DNA from: Actinomycetes bacterium
GTDB taxonomy: Bacteria > Actinomycetota > Acidimicrobiia > Spongiisociales > UBA5794
Direction: 5' to 3'
DNA: 64,000 bases
NCBI GenBank assembly: GCA_024638645.1
Contig: JAHEJX010000003.1
Location: 1,395 to 65,394, forward strand
The translations under genes and the position numbers were made by a program. Below the pieces are notes generated by a model, which was not told where the DNA came from, did not search any database, and worked only from the letters and a program-made list of their open reading frames with translations. This document shows, one piece after another, positions 18,162-29,822 of the stretch. Numbering within the stretch: the stretch's first letter is position 1; each line of letters starts with the position of its first letter.

Positions 18162-18866
18162 CTACAGACTGCAGCTCGCGGTTACGAATGTCGACGTGTG
18201 GTCACTGAACGTCTTCGCACAACGTTCGCCTAGTAGCCGTCCGTAGAGCGACCAGCATGGCGCGTTGGTGATCGCATCCACACCGGCGTCTCCTTCGGAG
18301 TGGCACAGGGGATGATGCAACAGAGCGTCGTCGCTCATGATCGGCAGATTGGCTCTGTCAAGAGACGTTGCCCAGAACCTGACTCCGTCTGGACCCGGTG
18401 TTCGGACCCTGACCGGGATTCCTTCCTGTGAGAATTCCATGCGCATCGTGCCACTGTCGAGGACTGCCTTGAACGCGCTGCTGGCCAGGCCGTGGCCTGG
18501 GTTCACTGGGATGGGGTCAATTCCGGGAGCAATCTCTTCCCAAGCTTCGTGGGGGGTGAGGTCAGGGTCGAACCAACCAAAGATCGAGGAGCCTCGAGCA
18601 GGGCCGCGGTCCGCCGCAGGGAGAGTCGCCGCGCCCGTATCTGCCAAGACCCTCCACGATGTTGGCAGGCACCACATGATTCGCGCCGATGGTTCGTCCC
18701 GCTTGGTTGCTGCGTACGAGAGGGCGAAGGCCGGCCACTCGCCGTATCCGCACTCCTTGGGTGGTCTGAAGATCGAAGGTAGAAATGCGATCACCACGAG
18801 CCCCAGTACCACGCCGATAGCGATAGCACGGAACCGGATTCTCGGCCGTATTTGGTTCTCCTCCAC
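18162..18866 (-). CDS. membrane-anchored Cys-rich extracytoplasmic protein (paralog pair)
   Basis: 234 aa with an N-terminal TM helix (AIAIGVVLGLVVIAFL). The ectodomain has six conserved Cys shared with 17437-18003. Confidence 0.6.
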   Translation of the reverse strand: MEENQIRPRIRFRAIAIGVVLGLVVIAFLPSIFRPPKECGYGEWPAFALSYAATKRDEPSARIMWCLPTSWRVLADTGAATLPAADRGPARGSSIFGWFDPDLTPHEAWEEIAPGIDPIPVNPGHGLASSAFKAVLDSGTMRMEFSQEGIPVRVRTPGPDGVRFWATSLDRANLPIMSDDALLHHPLCHSEGDAGVDAITNAPCWSLYGRLLGERCAKTFSDHTSTFVTASCSL

Positions 18867-18995
18867 TCGGAACTCATCGGCCGAAAGGCATTCGGTAGAT
18901 AGCAGTTACCAGGGAGCCGCCAAGTGGCGCCCGGGCGGCGGTCGATCGCTGGCAACCCTATTGACCCTACCTGGCTATATCTCTACGTTCGCGAT

Positions 18996-19868
18996 ATGGA
19001 TACCGAAAGCGATCTACCCCAAGACTACGAACAGATTCCGTGGTCGCACCTCGTTCCGCCACAGAAGGATCGGTCGTTGCAGCTTGCTGCGATCGCCGTT
19101 GCCGTCATTGCCATATTCCTGGCAATCGTGTTCCTGATGCGACGAAGTCCACCTGTCACACCAATCGTGGCCTCCACGACGGCTGCACCGTCCGTTGTGG
19201 AGGCCCCGCTGCCCGAAGCGCCGGTTGCCGTGTCGCCGGCGCCAACAACGCTCCTCGCCGGGCCCCGCATCTACTCCGAGGCCGACCTGATGGCCGTGCT
19301 ACCGCCGCCGGGGTCGGATGATCGCCTGCTTGCCATTGCACGTGCCGAATGGTTCGTCACGGACTACTTCACAGTGGATGGCGATGGTTCGCTTGCCGAC
19401 GGCGTGAACGCGGTCCTTCCTGATGTCGTCGACATCCCGACGACGGATGGTTCGGCGATCTCGTATGTCGAGTGGGCGAGAGCTGTTGAGGTCACGGACC
19501 ATCGTGACGGCTCGTTCGATGTGATTGTGTGGTTCCGCACCTTGGTGGGCGATGTGGAAGGTGGGTTTGCTCGTACCGATGTCCGCGCAGTTCACGTGAA
19601 GCTTGTCACCGACGAGATGGGGCGGCTTGCCATTGCCGACGTGCCGGCTGTCGCCGGCTTCGAACCACACGGGGTTGCCCCATCTTGGCCAGTGGATCAG
19701 ATCCCACCGAGTGAGGTGGCGACGCAGGCGATGTCCGCGACGGAAGTGTTTGGCGAGGATGCGAAGCTGCATTCTGCCGGCGAAACAGCCGAGGGTTGGC
19801 GGCTGGTCTTTTTGGTCGGAGATGCCTCTGGCCTGCGGTTTCCCGTCGCGGTCCACATCGCTCCTTGA
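18996..19868 (+). CDS. hypothetical single-pass membrane protein with a Pro/Ala-rich linker
   Basis: Start set at MDTESD (18996). It has a TM helix (LQLAAIAVAVIAIFLAIVFL), a PAPS-rich linker and a ~200 aa ectodomain. I recognise no family with confidence. Confidence 0.5.
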   Translation: MDTESDLPQDYEQIPWSHLVPPQKDRSLQLAAIAVAVIAIFLAIVFLMRRSPPVTPIVASTTAAPSVVEAPLPEAPVAVSPAPTTLLAGPRIYSEADLMAVLPPPGSDDRLLAIARAEWFVTDYFTVDGDGSLADGVNAVLPDVVDIPTTDGSAISYVEWARAVEVTDHRDGSFDVIVWFRTLVGDVEGGFARTDVRAVHVKLVTDEMGRLAIADVPAVAGFEPHGVAPSWPVDQIPPSEVATQAMSATEVFGEDAKLHSAGETAEGWRLVFLVGDASGLRFPVAVHIAP

Positions 19869-19910
19869 CTACATCGTCATCCTGTGCTTTATTCACCCGC
19901 TACATAACGC

Positions 19911-19997
19911 GCTCATCCAGAGCGGTGGAGGGACAGGCCCTGTGAAGCCGCGGCAACCAACGAGTGATCGTGGGTGCCAATGCCTGATCGATGAGAT
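19911..19997 (+). promoter_or_regulatory. SAM-I (S-box) riboswitch aptamer
   Basis: GCTCATCCAGAGCGGTGGAGGGACAGGCCCTGTGAAGCCGCGGCAACC..GGTGCCAATGCC..GATCGATGAG matches the conserved S-box core (UAUCaAGAG.GG.GGAGGGA.GGCCC..UGAAGCC.GGCAACC ... GGUGC.AA..CC ... GAUgAG). P1 is closed by CTCATC/GATGAG. Confidence 0.8.
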
Positions 19998-20071
19998 CGA
20001 CCGTTAGCGGGACTCCCGCTCGCGGCGCTCACAAAAGAGCGCGTCAAGCGAGAAGGAGGGAGTCCTTTCCA

Positions 20072-20170
20072 ATGCAGGTTCAGCTCAACAGACCGCACGG
20101 CACCTCTGGTGCCACTTCCGCGATGTGTATGCGCTCTCGGGTGGCTCGCCCCAGCGCGATGCGCGCATAG
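20072..20170 (+). CDS. candidate 32-codon leader ORF (MQVQLNRPHGTSGATSAMCMRSRVARPSAMRA)
   Basis: The only strong SD in the leader (AAGGAGG, 20053-20059) precedes this ATG. The ORF is too short for the ORF track and is unverified. Confidence 0.25.
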   Translation: MQVQLNRPHGTSGATSAMCMRSRVARPSAMRA

Positions 20171-20267
20171 CGCTACACGCTCCGACGAACGCCACCACCC
20201 GAGAGGCCTTAGTGCCGGCGTTCGGTTCTTCCGGTGATCCGTGGATCCATCACATCAAGGAGATGAC

Positions 20268-22102
<1,835 letters not shown>

Positions 22103-22115
22103 GCAAGCGGATCGT

Positions 22116-22145
22116 GGGCCGGGGCGGGCGGTTCCGTCCCGGCCC
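22116..22145 (+). terminator. GC-rich hairpin (GGGCCGGG...CCCGGCCC) between the two metY genes
   Basis: Read directly, 14 nt after the metY-1 stop. There is no U-tract, so it could be an intercistronic stabiliser or attenuator rather than a full terminator. Confidence 0.3.
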
Positions 22146-22229
22146 GATCCGAGCGACTCCGATAGACGACCGTGCCGGGTTGCTTTTGGTTCTGTTTCAG
22201 CCGCCGGCGGGAAGTGCCAGGATGACGCT

Positions 22230-23525
22230 ATGAGCGACGCCCACGAATTCGGGTTCGACACGAGGGCCATCCATGCCGGACAGCCACCCGACCCTGAGAC
22301 TGGGTCGCGGGCTTTGCCCATCTACGCTTCAACGGCCTTCGTCTTCGAGGACGCCCAACACGCTGCCGACCTCTTTGCGCTGCAGACCTACGGCAACATC
22401 TACAGCCGGATCGGTAACCCGACGACCGCGGCGTTCGAAGAGCGCATGGCTTCACTCGAAGGCGGACTCGGTGGTTTGGCCGTGGCATCGGGCCAATCCG
22501 CTCAGCTGATAGCGATCCTTGCCATCGCGGCCAAAGGGGACCACATCGTTGCGTCCAAAGCGCTCTACGGCGGCACTTACACCCAACTCGACGTGACCCT
22601 GCGGCGAATGGGCGTCGATGTGACGTTCGTCGACTTCTCGGATCCGAAGGCGGCTGTGGCCGCCATCAGCCCGAACACCAAGGCGCTCTACGGTGAGACC
22701 ATCGGCAATCCGGGCTGCGACATCCTCGACATCGCAACTTATGCCGAGATCGCCCACGACTCCGGCGTCCCACTCATCGTCGACAACACCTTTGCCACGC
22801 CGTACCTGTGCCGCCCGATCGAGCACGGCGCCGACATCGTGGTGCACTCGGCGACCAAGTTCATCGGTGGTCACGGGGCTGTACTCGGCGGCGTGATCGT
22901 CGAAGCCGGCACATTCCCATATGACAACGGCAAGTTTCCGCTGCTCGTCGAACCGTCGCCGGCCTACCACGACCTGACGTTCTGGGAGAATTTCCGGGAG
23001 TACGCGTACTTGACCCGAGCCCGCGTCGAGCTGCTGCGCGACGTTGGCGCCGCGCTCAGCCCATTCAATAGCTACCTGCTCATGCTCGGCCTCGAGACTC
23101 TGCCGTTGCGCATGGCACGGCATGTCGAGAACGCCGCCGCCGTTGCTCGCTTCCTGCGAGAACATGACGCCGTATCGTGGATCAAGTTCCCGATCTTCTC
23201 CGACAATCCATGGACCGGGCTGGCCGAGAAATACACGCCCGAGGGTCCGGGAGCCATCTTCACTTTCGGCGTGGCGGGCGGATACGACGCCGGTGTGAAG
23301 CTCATCGAAGGCTTGGAGTTGATCTCTCACGTTGCCAACGTCGGCGATGCCAAGACCCTGATCATTCACCCTGCCTCGACCACTCATCAACAGGTGCCGG
23401 AGGAGGAGCGCCTCGCTGCCGGGGTCGGCTCAGACACAATCAGGATTTCGGTCGGCATCGAGACTCTCGGCGACATTCTGTGGGACTTGGAGAATGCCTT
23501 GAACGCTACGTTGCAACGCTCATGA
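22230..23525 (+). CDS. metY: second O-acetylhomoserine sulfhydrylase paralog
   Basis: Start set at [18 protein letters not shown] (22230). It carries the same motif set as 20795-22102 ([38 protein letters not shown]). Confidence 0.9.
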   Translation: MSDAHEFGFDTRAIHAGQPPDPETGSRALPIYASTAFVFEDAQHAADLFALQTYGNIYSRIGNPTTAAFEERMASLEGGLGGLAVASGQSAQLIAILAIAAKGDHIVASKALYGGTYTQLDVTLRRMGVDVTFVDFSDPKAAVAAISPNTKALYGETIGNPGCDILDIATYAEIAHDSGVPLIVDNTFATPYLCRPIEHGADIVVHSATKFIGGHGAVLGGVIVEAGTFPYDNGKFPLLVEPSPAYHDLTFWENFREYAYLTRARVELLRDVGAALSPFNSYLLMLGLETLPLRMARHVENAAAVARFLREHDAVSWIKFPIFSDNPWTGLAEKYTPEGPGAIFTFGVAGGYDAGVKLIEGLELISHVANVGDAKTLIIHPASTTHQQVPEEERLAAGVGSDTIRISVGIETLGDILWDLENALNATLQRS

Positions 23526-24007
23526 CACTCGCTGCCGTTCCTGAGGCGACTGCCAAGGAGCGCCTCCGCCTGATTCGTGATGCAGAGTCGATTGCATTGG
23601 TGGGGGTGTCGGCCAATCCGCTGCGGTCCTCCAACTTCGTTGCCACCTATCTCGTCCGCACGCCGTATCGCGTGTACTGCGTCAACCCGGCATATGACGA
23701 AGTCCTCGGGCTGAAGTCCTACGGCTCACTTGCCGACCTTCCCGAGGTGCCCGACATCGTCGACATCTTCCGGCGCCCTGATGCGATCGCTGCCGTAGTC
23801 GACGAAGCGATCGAGGTCGGTGCCCCCACGGTGTGGTTTCAGCTCGGGCTACGTCACGATGAGGCCGCTCGCGAAGCGATCGCCGCCGGGCTCAATGTCG
23901 TCCAGGACCGCTGCCTCAAGATCGAGCACGCCCGCTTCTCCGGGAAGCTGCACCTCGGGGGATTCGACACTGGGGTGATCTCGAGCAAGCGGCGCCGTCC
24001 GGTCTAG
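23522..24007 (+). CDS. CoA-binding domain protein (YccU/YneT-like)
   Basis: Its start overlaps the metY-2 stop (ATGA). ESIALVGVSANP.R.SN.V..YL......V..VNP...E.LG...Y.SL.D.P...DIVDIFRR is typical of the CoA_binding_2 fold. Confidence 0.8.
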   Translation: MTLAAVPEATAKERLRLIRDAESIALVGVSANPLRSSNFVATYLVRTPYRVYCVNPAYDEVLGLKSYGSLADLPEVPDIVDIFRRPDAIAAVVDEAIEVGAPTVWFQLGLRHDEAAREAIAAGLNVVQDRCLKIEHARFSGKLHLGGFDTGVISSKRRRPV

Positions 24008-24098
24008 GCGCAACTGCGGCCGGCCGGCAGAAACGCGCGGCCGAAGGTCCCTGGCGCTCGCATGCATCGTGGCGCACAGTGATGGTGGAGGTGATTGC

Positions 24099-24341
24099 AT
24101 GAACACTGCACCCACACCGCATCACACTCCCACTCAACTGTGGCTCGCCGGCGGCGCAGTCGCCGTGATGACCGTCCTCTTTCTGCTCTTTGAGCACGGC
24201 TTCATGTGGCTTGCCGTGCCCCTCGTGATTGTGACGTTGCTGCCGCTATCCAGAAACGACTGGACGGCACACAGCGTGTATTGGCGAGCAGGAACCGCCG
24301 GCCTTGTCCTCGTGGCCGCGGTCCTGATCTGGCTCACATAG
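24099..24341 (+). CDS. small two-TM membrane protein (hypothetical)
   Basis: The ATG at 24099 is preceded by GGTGGAGG, and there are two hydrophobic helices. I recognise no family. Confidence 0.4.
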   Translation: MNTAPTPHHTPTQLWLAGGAVAVMTVLFLLFEHGFMWLAVPLVIVTLLPLSRNDWTAHSVYWRAGTAGLVLVAAVLIWLT

Positions 24342-24438
24342 TGCTCTAAGATCCGCCGGTCGAACGAACGAGAGACATGCGCTAACCCGCAGCCCCAATC
24401 CATCTGCCCGCACCGGGCCCGCCTCATGGAGCTGTGCA

Positions 24439-25926
24439 GTGCCGTCCGTTCACCTCAACAACGTTTCGTTTCGCTATACGTCGGCCGCCGACATCGTCAC
24501 CGACGCATCTTTCGACCTTGGTCAGGGATGGACTGGTGTCGTCGGTGCCAACGGTATGGGCAAATCGACCCTGCTACGCCTAATCAGTGGTCAATTGGTA
24601 CCGGCTGTCGGCAAGGTGAATGTCGATCCCAAAACCCCACCCACCTATTGCCCACAAGATATCGGCGGCATCGACGACGGCGTTCGATCTCTTGCCGCCG
24701 CTTCCGACGGCGTCAGGAGAAGAATCGCGGGTCAGCTTCTGCTCGATGCGGAACAGCTCGATCGTTGGGCGACCCTCTCGCCGGGAGAGCGCAAGCGTTG
24801 GCAGATAGGTGCCGCCCTCGCCGCTGAACCTTCGATCCTCCTCCTCGATGAGCCGACCAATCACCTTGATGCCGAAGCCCGCGATCTGCTGGTAAAAGCT
24901 TTGAGCCGCTTCAAGGGCGTCGGCCTTGTCGTCTCACACGACCGGACATTCCTCAACGATCTGACCACCCGCACCATCCATGTCGACCATGGCCGAGTTG
25001 AACTCTGGAATGGCAACTACGAGACGGCACGCACCGCATGGGAGATGGCCGCCAATACACATCAGGCAGCCTTCGACAAGGCGAAAGGAGAGCAGCGCAA
25101 GCTGCAGAGGCGAGTGGCGGACCAACGGCGGGCCACCGAAACGAAGCGGGCTCAGCACAAGCGCAGGGTGCGGAATGCAGGTTTCAAAGACTCGGACGCC
25201 CGGTCGATGGAGAAGAAGGGGAGAGCTCAGGCGGGCGAATCTTCCGGGGCTCGCCGACTCGAAGTAACGCAGGCCGCTGCCGACCGCGCGGCCGAGTCGC
25301 TCGACACTTTCGAGATGCGCCGCGCCATCGGACGCTCGTTTTTCTTCGACTACGAGCCGGCTCGGCGCCAAACGCTGCTCACGTTCCAAGGTGATCTAAC
25401 GATTGCGGGCCGTCTGCTCGCACCCGGGCTCGACCTTGTCTTGGATCGCGACGACCGCGTCTGGCTGCGTGGCCCCAACGGCGCGGGCAAGACGACCCTG
25501 CTGCGCCGTCTTGCTGAATCTCACTCGTTGCCGCCGGAACGGGTCATGTACCTCCCACAGGAGTTGGCACCAGGCGAGGGTGAGGAGATGCTCGCCGACC
25601 TGCACGCCCTGACGCCGGATGTGCGCGGCCAGGTGCTGAACCTCGTCGCCGCTCTCGGTGTCGATCCTGATCGGCTGCTGCACACCGATGTCCCATCACC
25701 TGGCGAGGCTCGCAAGCTGGCGATGGCCATGGGGATGGGCCGCAGCGCCTGGTGCCTAATCCTCGATGAGCCGACGAACCATCTCGATCTGCCATCCATC
25801 GAACGTCTTGAGGAGGCCATAGCCGGCTACCCCGGAGCGGTTCTCCTGGTGACTCACGATGATGAGTTCGCGGTGGCTACGACCACCGGTGCTTGGGCTT
25901 TCGAGGGTGGTCTTGTGGAGTCCTGA
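24439..25926 (+). CDS. ABC-F type ATPase (two ABC domains, no TM domain)
   Basis: Walker A occurs twice (GANGMGKST, GPNGAGKTT), as do the signature-like motifs (LSPGERKR, PSPGEARK) and Walker B (LLLDEPTNHLD, LILDEPTNHLD). A charged linker lies between the two domains. Confidence 0.85.
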   Translation: MPSVHLNNVSFRYTSAADIVTDASFDLGQGWTGVVGANGMGKSTLLRLISGQLVPAVGKVNVDPKTPPTYCPQDIGGIDDGVRSLAAASDGVRRRIAGQLLLDAEQLDRWATLSPGERKRWQIGAALAAEPSILLLDEPTNHLDAEARDLLVKALSRFKGVGLVVSHDRTFLNDLTTRTIHVDHGRVELWNGNYETARTAWEMAANTHQAAFDKAKGEQRKLQRRVADQRRATETKRAQHKRRVRNAGFKDSDARSMEKKGRAQAGESSGARRLEVTQAAADRAAESLDTFEMRRAIGRSFFFDYEPARRQTLLTFQGDLTIAGRLLAPGLDLVLDRDDRVWLRGPNGAGKTTLLRRLAESHSLPPERVMYLPQELAPGEGEEMLADLHALTPDVRGQVLNLVAALGVDPDRLLHTDVPSPGEARKLAMAMGMGRSAWCLILDEPTNHLDLPSIERLEEAIAGYPGAVLLVTHDDEFAVATTTGAWAFEGGLVES

Positions 25927-26028
25927 CCAGCAGCTGTGTGCCACGGCTCCGGGGGACTGGTTTCCGAATCGGCCTAGCGTTCGTAGCTGAGGATGTCGCC
26001 AGGTTGGCAATCGAGCAGCCCGAGCGCC

Positions 26029-26283
26029 TCAATCGAAGTAGCGTTCCAGGATGTCCGTCGCTGCCGCCGCAATCGTGTCCCAAGACGCGTCCGGTGTCTT
26101 GGACAGCGTGATGAAGTCCGCCGTGCCGAACATCGAGGTCACCCCGTCGATGCCGAGCAATTCGGCTGCCATCGGATCATCGGGGTCACTGCCGGCTGCA
26201 TGGGTGACGGGACCGCCGACATCGACCCCCACCGAGAACTTGAGGGCATTCGGGTTGGGCGTGTTGCTGACGGTGACCGGCAT
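26029..26283 (-). CDS. stand-alone Nfu/NifU N-terminal-like domain protein
   Basis: Trimmed to MPVTVSNTPNPNALKF (84 aa). TPNPNALKF followed by G...V....DFITL.K is the hallmark of the Nfu_N domain. Confidence 0.65.
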   Translation of the reverse strand: MPVTVSNTPNPNALKFSVGVDVGGPVTHAAGSDPDDPMAAELLGIDGVTSMFGTADFITLSKTPDASWDTIAAAATDILERYFD

Positions 26284-26316
26284 GGGACCTCTCGGCTCGA
26301 CTGGTGAGAATCGTAG

Positions 26317-28239
26317 TTGGGGGCAGCAGTGAGCTCGGCGGGTGTCGATGTTGGTGGAACTTTCACCGACCTCGTTGCCTGGGATGGCCGAACTCTCCTC
26401 GTTGCCAAGGTGCCGAGTACGCCAGACGATCAGAGCCGGGGTGTGGTCGCTGCGCTCGAACGCGCCACTGAGCAACCGGACGGTGTGCTTCACGGCACGA
26501 CCGTTGCCACCAACGCATTGCTCGAACGTCGCGGCGCACGCACTGCGCTAGTCACGACGTCCGGGTTCGAGGACGTGCTGGCGATCGGTCGGCAGCATCG
26601 ACCCTCCCTATACGACTCCATGGTCGACCGGCCCGAGCCGCTGGCACAGCGACGAGTCGGAGTCGACAGAGCGAGTCCCGGTTCCGGCGCGGTCGCCGAC
26701 CTCGACGATCCTGAATCCATTGCAGTGTCGTTGCTCTACGGCTACCGCATGCACGAGATGGAGCGGTCGATCGCCGAGCGAGTTTCGCAGGCATACCCCG
26801 GAGTGCCTGTGTCGTTATCGAGCGAGGTAGTTGCGGAGTTCCGGGAGTTCGAGCGCACCTCAACCACCGTTCTCAACGCATACCTGCGGCCCGCAATGAG
26901 CCGCTACCTGGAACGGCTCGAGCGCGCACTCAGCTCCCGGGGCGTTGCTGAAGTTGCGGTCATGCGATCGAGCGGAGGCCTGATGTCGCTGACCGATGCC
27001 GGGCAGCTACCTGCGGCTGCATTGCTTTCTGGTCCAGCCGGGGGAGTCGTGGCTGCAGCGGAACTCAGCAGAGCGATGGGGTTCGAGCGCGCCATCAGCT
27101 TTGACATGGGCGGCACCTCGACCGACGTCTCCCGAATCGAAGGCGGCGCTGCGCAGCTCACCTTCGAGCGGCCGGTTGCCGGCTACCCGTGCCGGATGCC
27201 TTCCGTCGACATTCACACTGTGGGTGCAGGTGGTGGGTCCATCGGCTGGCGAGACTCAGGCGGATCTCTTCGTGTCGGGCCGCAGAGTTCCGGAGCCATG
27301 CCTGGACCGGCGGCGTATGGGCGCGGTGGAACGTTGCCGACGGTGACCGACGCCAACGTGATGCTGGGGCGTATTGGTGCGCTCGGCCGGTCTCTGAGTC
27401 TCGATGGCAGTGCAGCTGAGCGAGCTCTGGCCGACCTCGGCGATCAGATCGGGCTCTCCCCCGCAGCCACGGCACGGGGAATCGTCACGGTCGTAGAAGA
27501 GACGATGGCCGGTGCAATCAGGAAGGTATCTGTCGAGGAGGGGGTCGATCCACGCGGAGCCGTTTTGATCGCGTTCGGTGGTGCCGGCGGCCTGCACGCC
27601 GCGGCATTGGCGCGCCGCCTCGATATGGAGGCGGCCGTCATCCCTCGGCTCGCCGGTGTTTTCTCCGCACTCGGACTCTTGCTGAGTCCGCCAAGGATCG
27701 ACGTGGCTCAGTCGATCAACGATCTGAACGAGCTTGCCTGGGCTGCCGAGTCGACCCACGACGCCGCTCTCGACGGCCTAGTGGCAGCGACCGGGGGTAC
27801 TGGTCCTGTCGACCAGCTGGTAGACCTGCGCTACGTAGGTCAATCCCACGAGTTGACCGTTGCGGCTCGTCCTGGTGACGCTGTCGACGACCTCGCCGCA
27901 CGATTTCACATGTTGCACCGGTCTCGCAACGGATTCGCCCGGCCCGACGATCCTGTCGAGATCGTCACAGTGCGCGCGGCTGCGATCGGTGAACCTGCGC
28001 TGCGTTGGGATGACGTTCCGCCCATCGCCACCGGCGAACCATCGAAACCACAAGAGCGCACCATCGTTGCCGCGGACGGCTCTCGACACGCCGCCGCCGT
28101 GCACCAGCGGGGGAGCCTCGCCACGGGTAACGAGATCTTCGGTCCCGCGGTGATCGAGGACGGCGAGTCCACCACGTACCTCGACCCCGGCGACCGAGCA
28201 ACAGTGGCAGCCAACGGGTCGTTGGTAATCGAATGGTGA
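26317..28239 (+). CDS. hydantoinase/oxoprolinase family protein, A subunit type
   Basis: Shows GVDVGGTFTDLV near the N-terminus and later FDMGGTSTDV and GAGGGSI, typical of HyuA/OplA-like ATPases. Confidence 0.85.
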   Translation: MGAAVSSAGVDVGGTFTDLVAWDGRTLLVAKVPSTPDDQSRGVVAALERATEQPDGVLHGTTVATNALLERRGARTALVTTSGFEDVLAIGRQHRPSLYDSMVDRPEPLAQRRVGVDRASPGSGAVADLDDPESIAVSLLYGYRMHEMERSIAERVSQAYPGVPVSLSSEVVAEFREFERTSTTVLNAYLRPAMSRYLERLERALSSRGVAEVAVMRSSGGLMSLTDAGQLPAAALLSGPAGGVVAAAELSRAMGFERAISFDMGGTSTDVSRIEGGAAQLTFERPVAGYPCRMPSVDIHTVGAGGGSIGWRDSGGSLRVGPQSSGAMPGPAAYGRGGTLPTVTDANVMLGRIGALGRSLSLDGSAAERALADLGDQIGLSPAATARGIVTVVEETMAGAIRKVSVEEGVDPRGAVLIAFGGAGGLHAAALARRLDMEAAVIPRLAGVFSALGLLLSPPRIDVAQSINDLNELAWAAESTHDAALDGLVAATGGTGPVDQLVDLRYVGQSHELTVAARPGDAVDDLAARFHMLHRSRNGFARPDDPVEIVTVRAAAIGEPALRWDDVPPIATGEPSKPQERTIVAADGSRHAAAVHQRGSLATGNEIFGPAVIEDGESTTYLDPGDRATVAANGSLVIEW

Positions 28240-29777
28240 GCTACGACCCGATCGCTCTGGAAGTCGCCCGCAACAGGATGGCGGCGGTCGCCGACGAGAT
28301 GGGCGTGGTACTGCGGCGCACCGCCTACTCGCCAAACATCAAGGAGCGAGCGGACTGCTCAGCGGCGGTGTTCATGCCCGATGGCGAAATGCTCGCCCAG
28401 GCAGAACACATTCCCGTGCACCTTGGCTCCATGCCGGCTTCGGTGGATGCTGTGCTCGACTCCGTCGGCGGCGTCATCGAGCCGGGGGTTCAGTACGCCG
28501 TCAACGATCCTTACGCGGGCGGCACCCACCTCAACGATCTGACATTGGTTCGCGGCGTCTTCGTCGATGGGCAGCTCGCCGCCTTCGTCGCCAATCGCGC
28601 CCACCATGCCGACGTTGGGGGAGAAGCGCCCGGTTCCATGCCGGCTCATGCGACCCGGCTCGAACAAGAGGGCCATATCGTGTCGCCACAGGTCGCCGTC
28701 CGCAACGGCGAGTGGGAACCCGCGTTTCTGGACCCGTTTCTCGAGGCCACTCGCACACCCGACGAGCGGCTCGGCGATCTGTCTGCCCAGCTCGGCGCCA
28801 ATGAGGCAGGCGCCCTGCGGGCCAGAGAGGCGATCGGCGGCCAACTCCATGAACATCTCGCCGTGGCGGACGCCCTTCTCGACTATGGCGAGCGCCGTAT
28901 GTCTGGCGCTATAGCGTCGCTTCCCGATGGCCGCTATGAATTCATCGACCATATGGAGTGGGGCGAGCACGACGTCGCAATCGCGGTAACGGTGTCAATC
29001 GACGGCGGCAGGCTCCACGCAGACTTCGCGGGAAGCGCTCCCCAGGTCGAGGCCAACTTCAATGCCGTTGCAGCGGTCACGAGGTCGTGCCTCTATTACG
29101 CAGTACGGGTCGCCGCCGACCCCACCGTCCCCGCCAACGGCGGAAGCTACCGGCCGATCAGCCTCAGCGCACCCAACGATTCGATCGTCAACGCATCACC
29201 TCCGGCGGCCGTAGCCGCCGGCAACGTAGAGACCAGTCAGCGAATTGCCGACGTGGTGTTGGGTGCATTGGCTCAGGCCGCCCCCGACGCAGTTCCGGCC
29301 GCGAGTCAGGGCACCATGAACAACGTCCTGATCGGCAACGATCACTTCGCCTACTACGAGACCATCGCGGGAGGCCAGGGCGGCCGCCCCGGCAAACCGG
29401 GCCAGTCGGGCATCCAGACAGGGATGACGAACACAAAGAACACCCCGATCGAGTCGCTCGAGACTCACTACCCGTTCCGCGTCCTCCGCTACGCGCTGCG
29501 CACCGGGTCAGGGGGCGTTGGTGAGTACCCGGGCGGGGAAGGAATCGAGCGCGAGATCGAGTTCCTGGAGGCCGCCACAGTGTCATTGATGGGAGAGCGC
29601 CGTCGCAACGCCCCGTGGGGTTTGGCCGGTGGAGAGCCCGGAGCCTGCGGTGAGGACTGGCTGATCCGAGTGGATGGAACACGACAAAGGCTGCCGGGCA
29701 AGACAACCTTCGACGTTCAACCGGGCGATCGCCTGCTCGTCCTCACTCCCGGCGGTGGTGGCTGGGGTGCAACTTGA
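28233..29777 (+). CDS. hydantoinase B/oxoprolinase family protein
   Basis: Overlaps the A subunit by 7 nt. It shows DPIALEV..NR........M, S.NIKER.D.S.A.F, NDPY.GGTHLND and G.GG.G near the C-terminus. Confidence 0.85.
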   Translation: MVSYDPIALEVARNRMAAVADEMGVVLRRTAYSPNIKERADCSAAVFMPDGEMLAQAEHIPVHLGSMPASVDAVLDSVGGVIEPGVQYAVNDPYAGGTHLNDLTLVRGVFVDGQLAAFVANRAHHADVGGEAPGSMPAHATRLEQEGHIVSPQVAVRNGEWEPAFLDPFLEATRTPDERLGDLSAQLGANEAGALRAREAIGGQLHEHLAVADALLDYGERRMSGAIASLPDGRYEFIDHMEWGEHDVAIAVTVSIDGGRLHADFAGSAPQVEANFNAVAAVTRSCLYYAVRVAADPTVPANGGSYRPISLSAPNDSIVNASPPAAVAAGNVETSQRIADVVLGALAQAAPDAVPAASQGTMNNVLIGNDHFAYYETIAGGQGGRPGKPGQSGIQTGMTNTKNTPIESLETHYPFRVLRYALRTGSGGVGEYPGGEGIEREIEFLEAATVSLMGERRRNAPWGLAGGEPGACGEDWLIRVDGTRQRLPGKTTFDVQPGDRLLVLTPGGGGWGAT

Positions 29778-29822
29778 TAGATCCCACTCGCGATGCCCAC
29801 TGTGACCCGGCGCGTTCCTGTT

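Noticed and set aside
22103-22229. A second SAM riboswitch between the two metY genes
   Set aside because: None of the S-box core strings (GAGGGA, GGCCC..GAAGCC, GCAACC, GGUGC.AA) are present. I found only a GC hairpin. I cannot exclude SAM-IV or another class without a covariance-model search.
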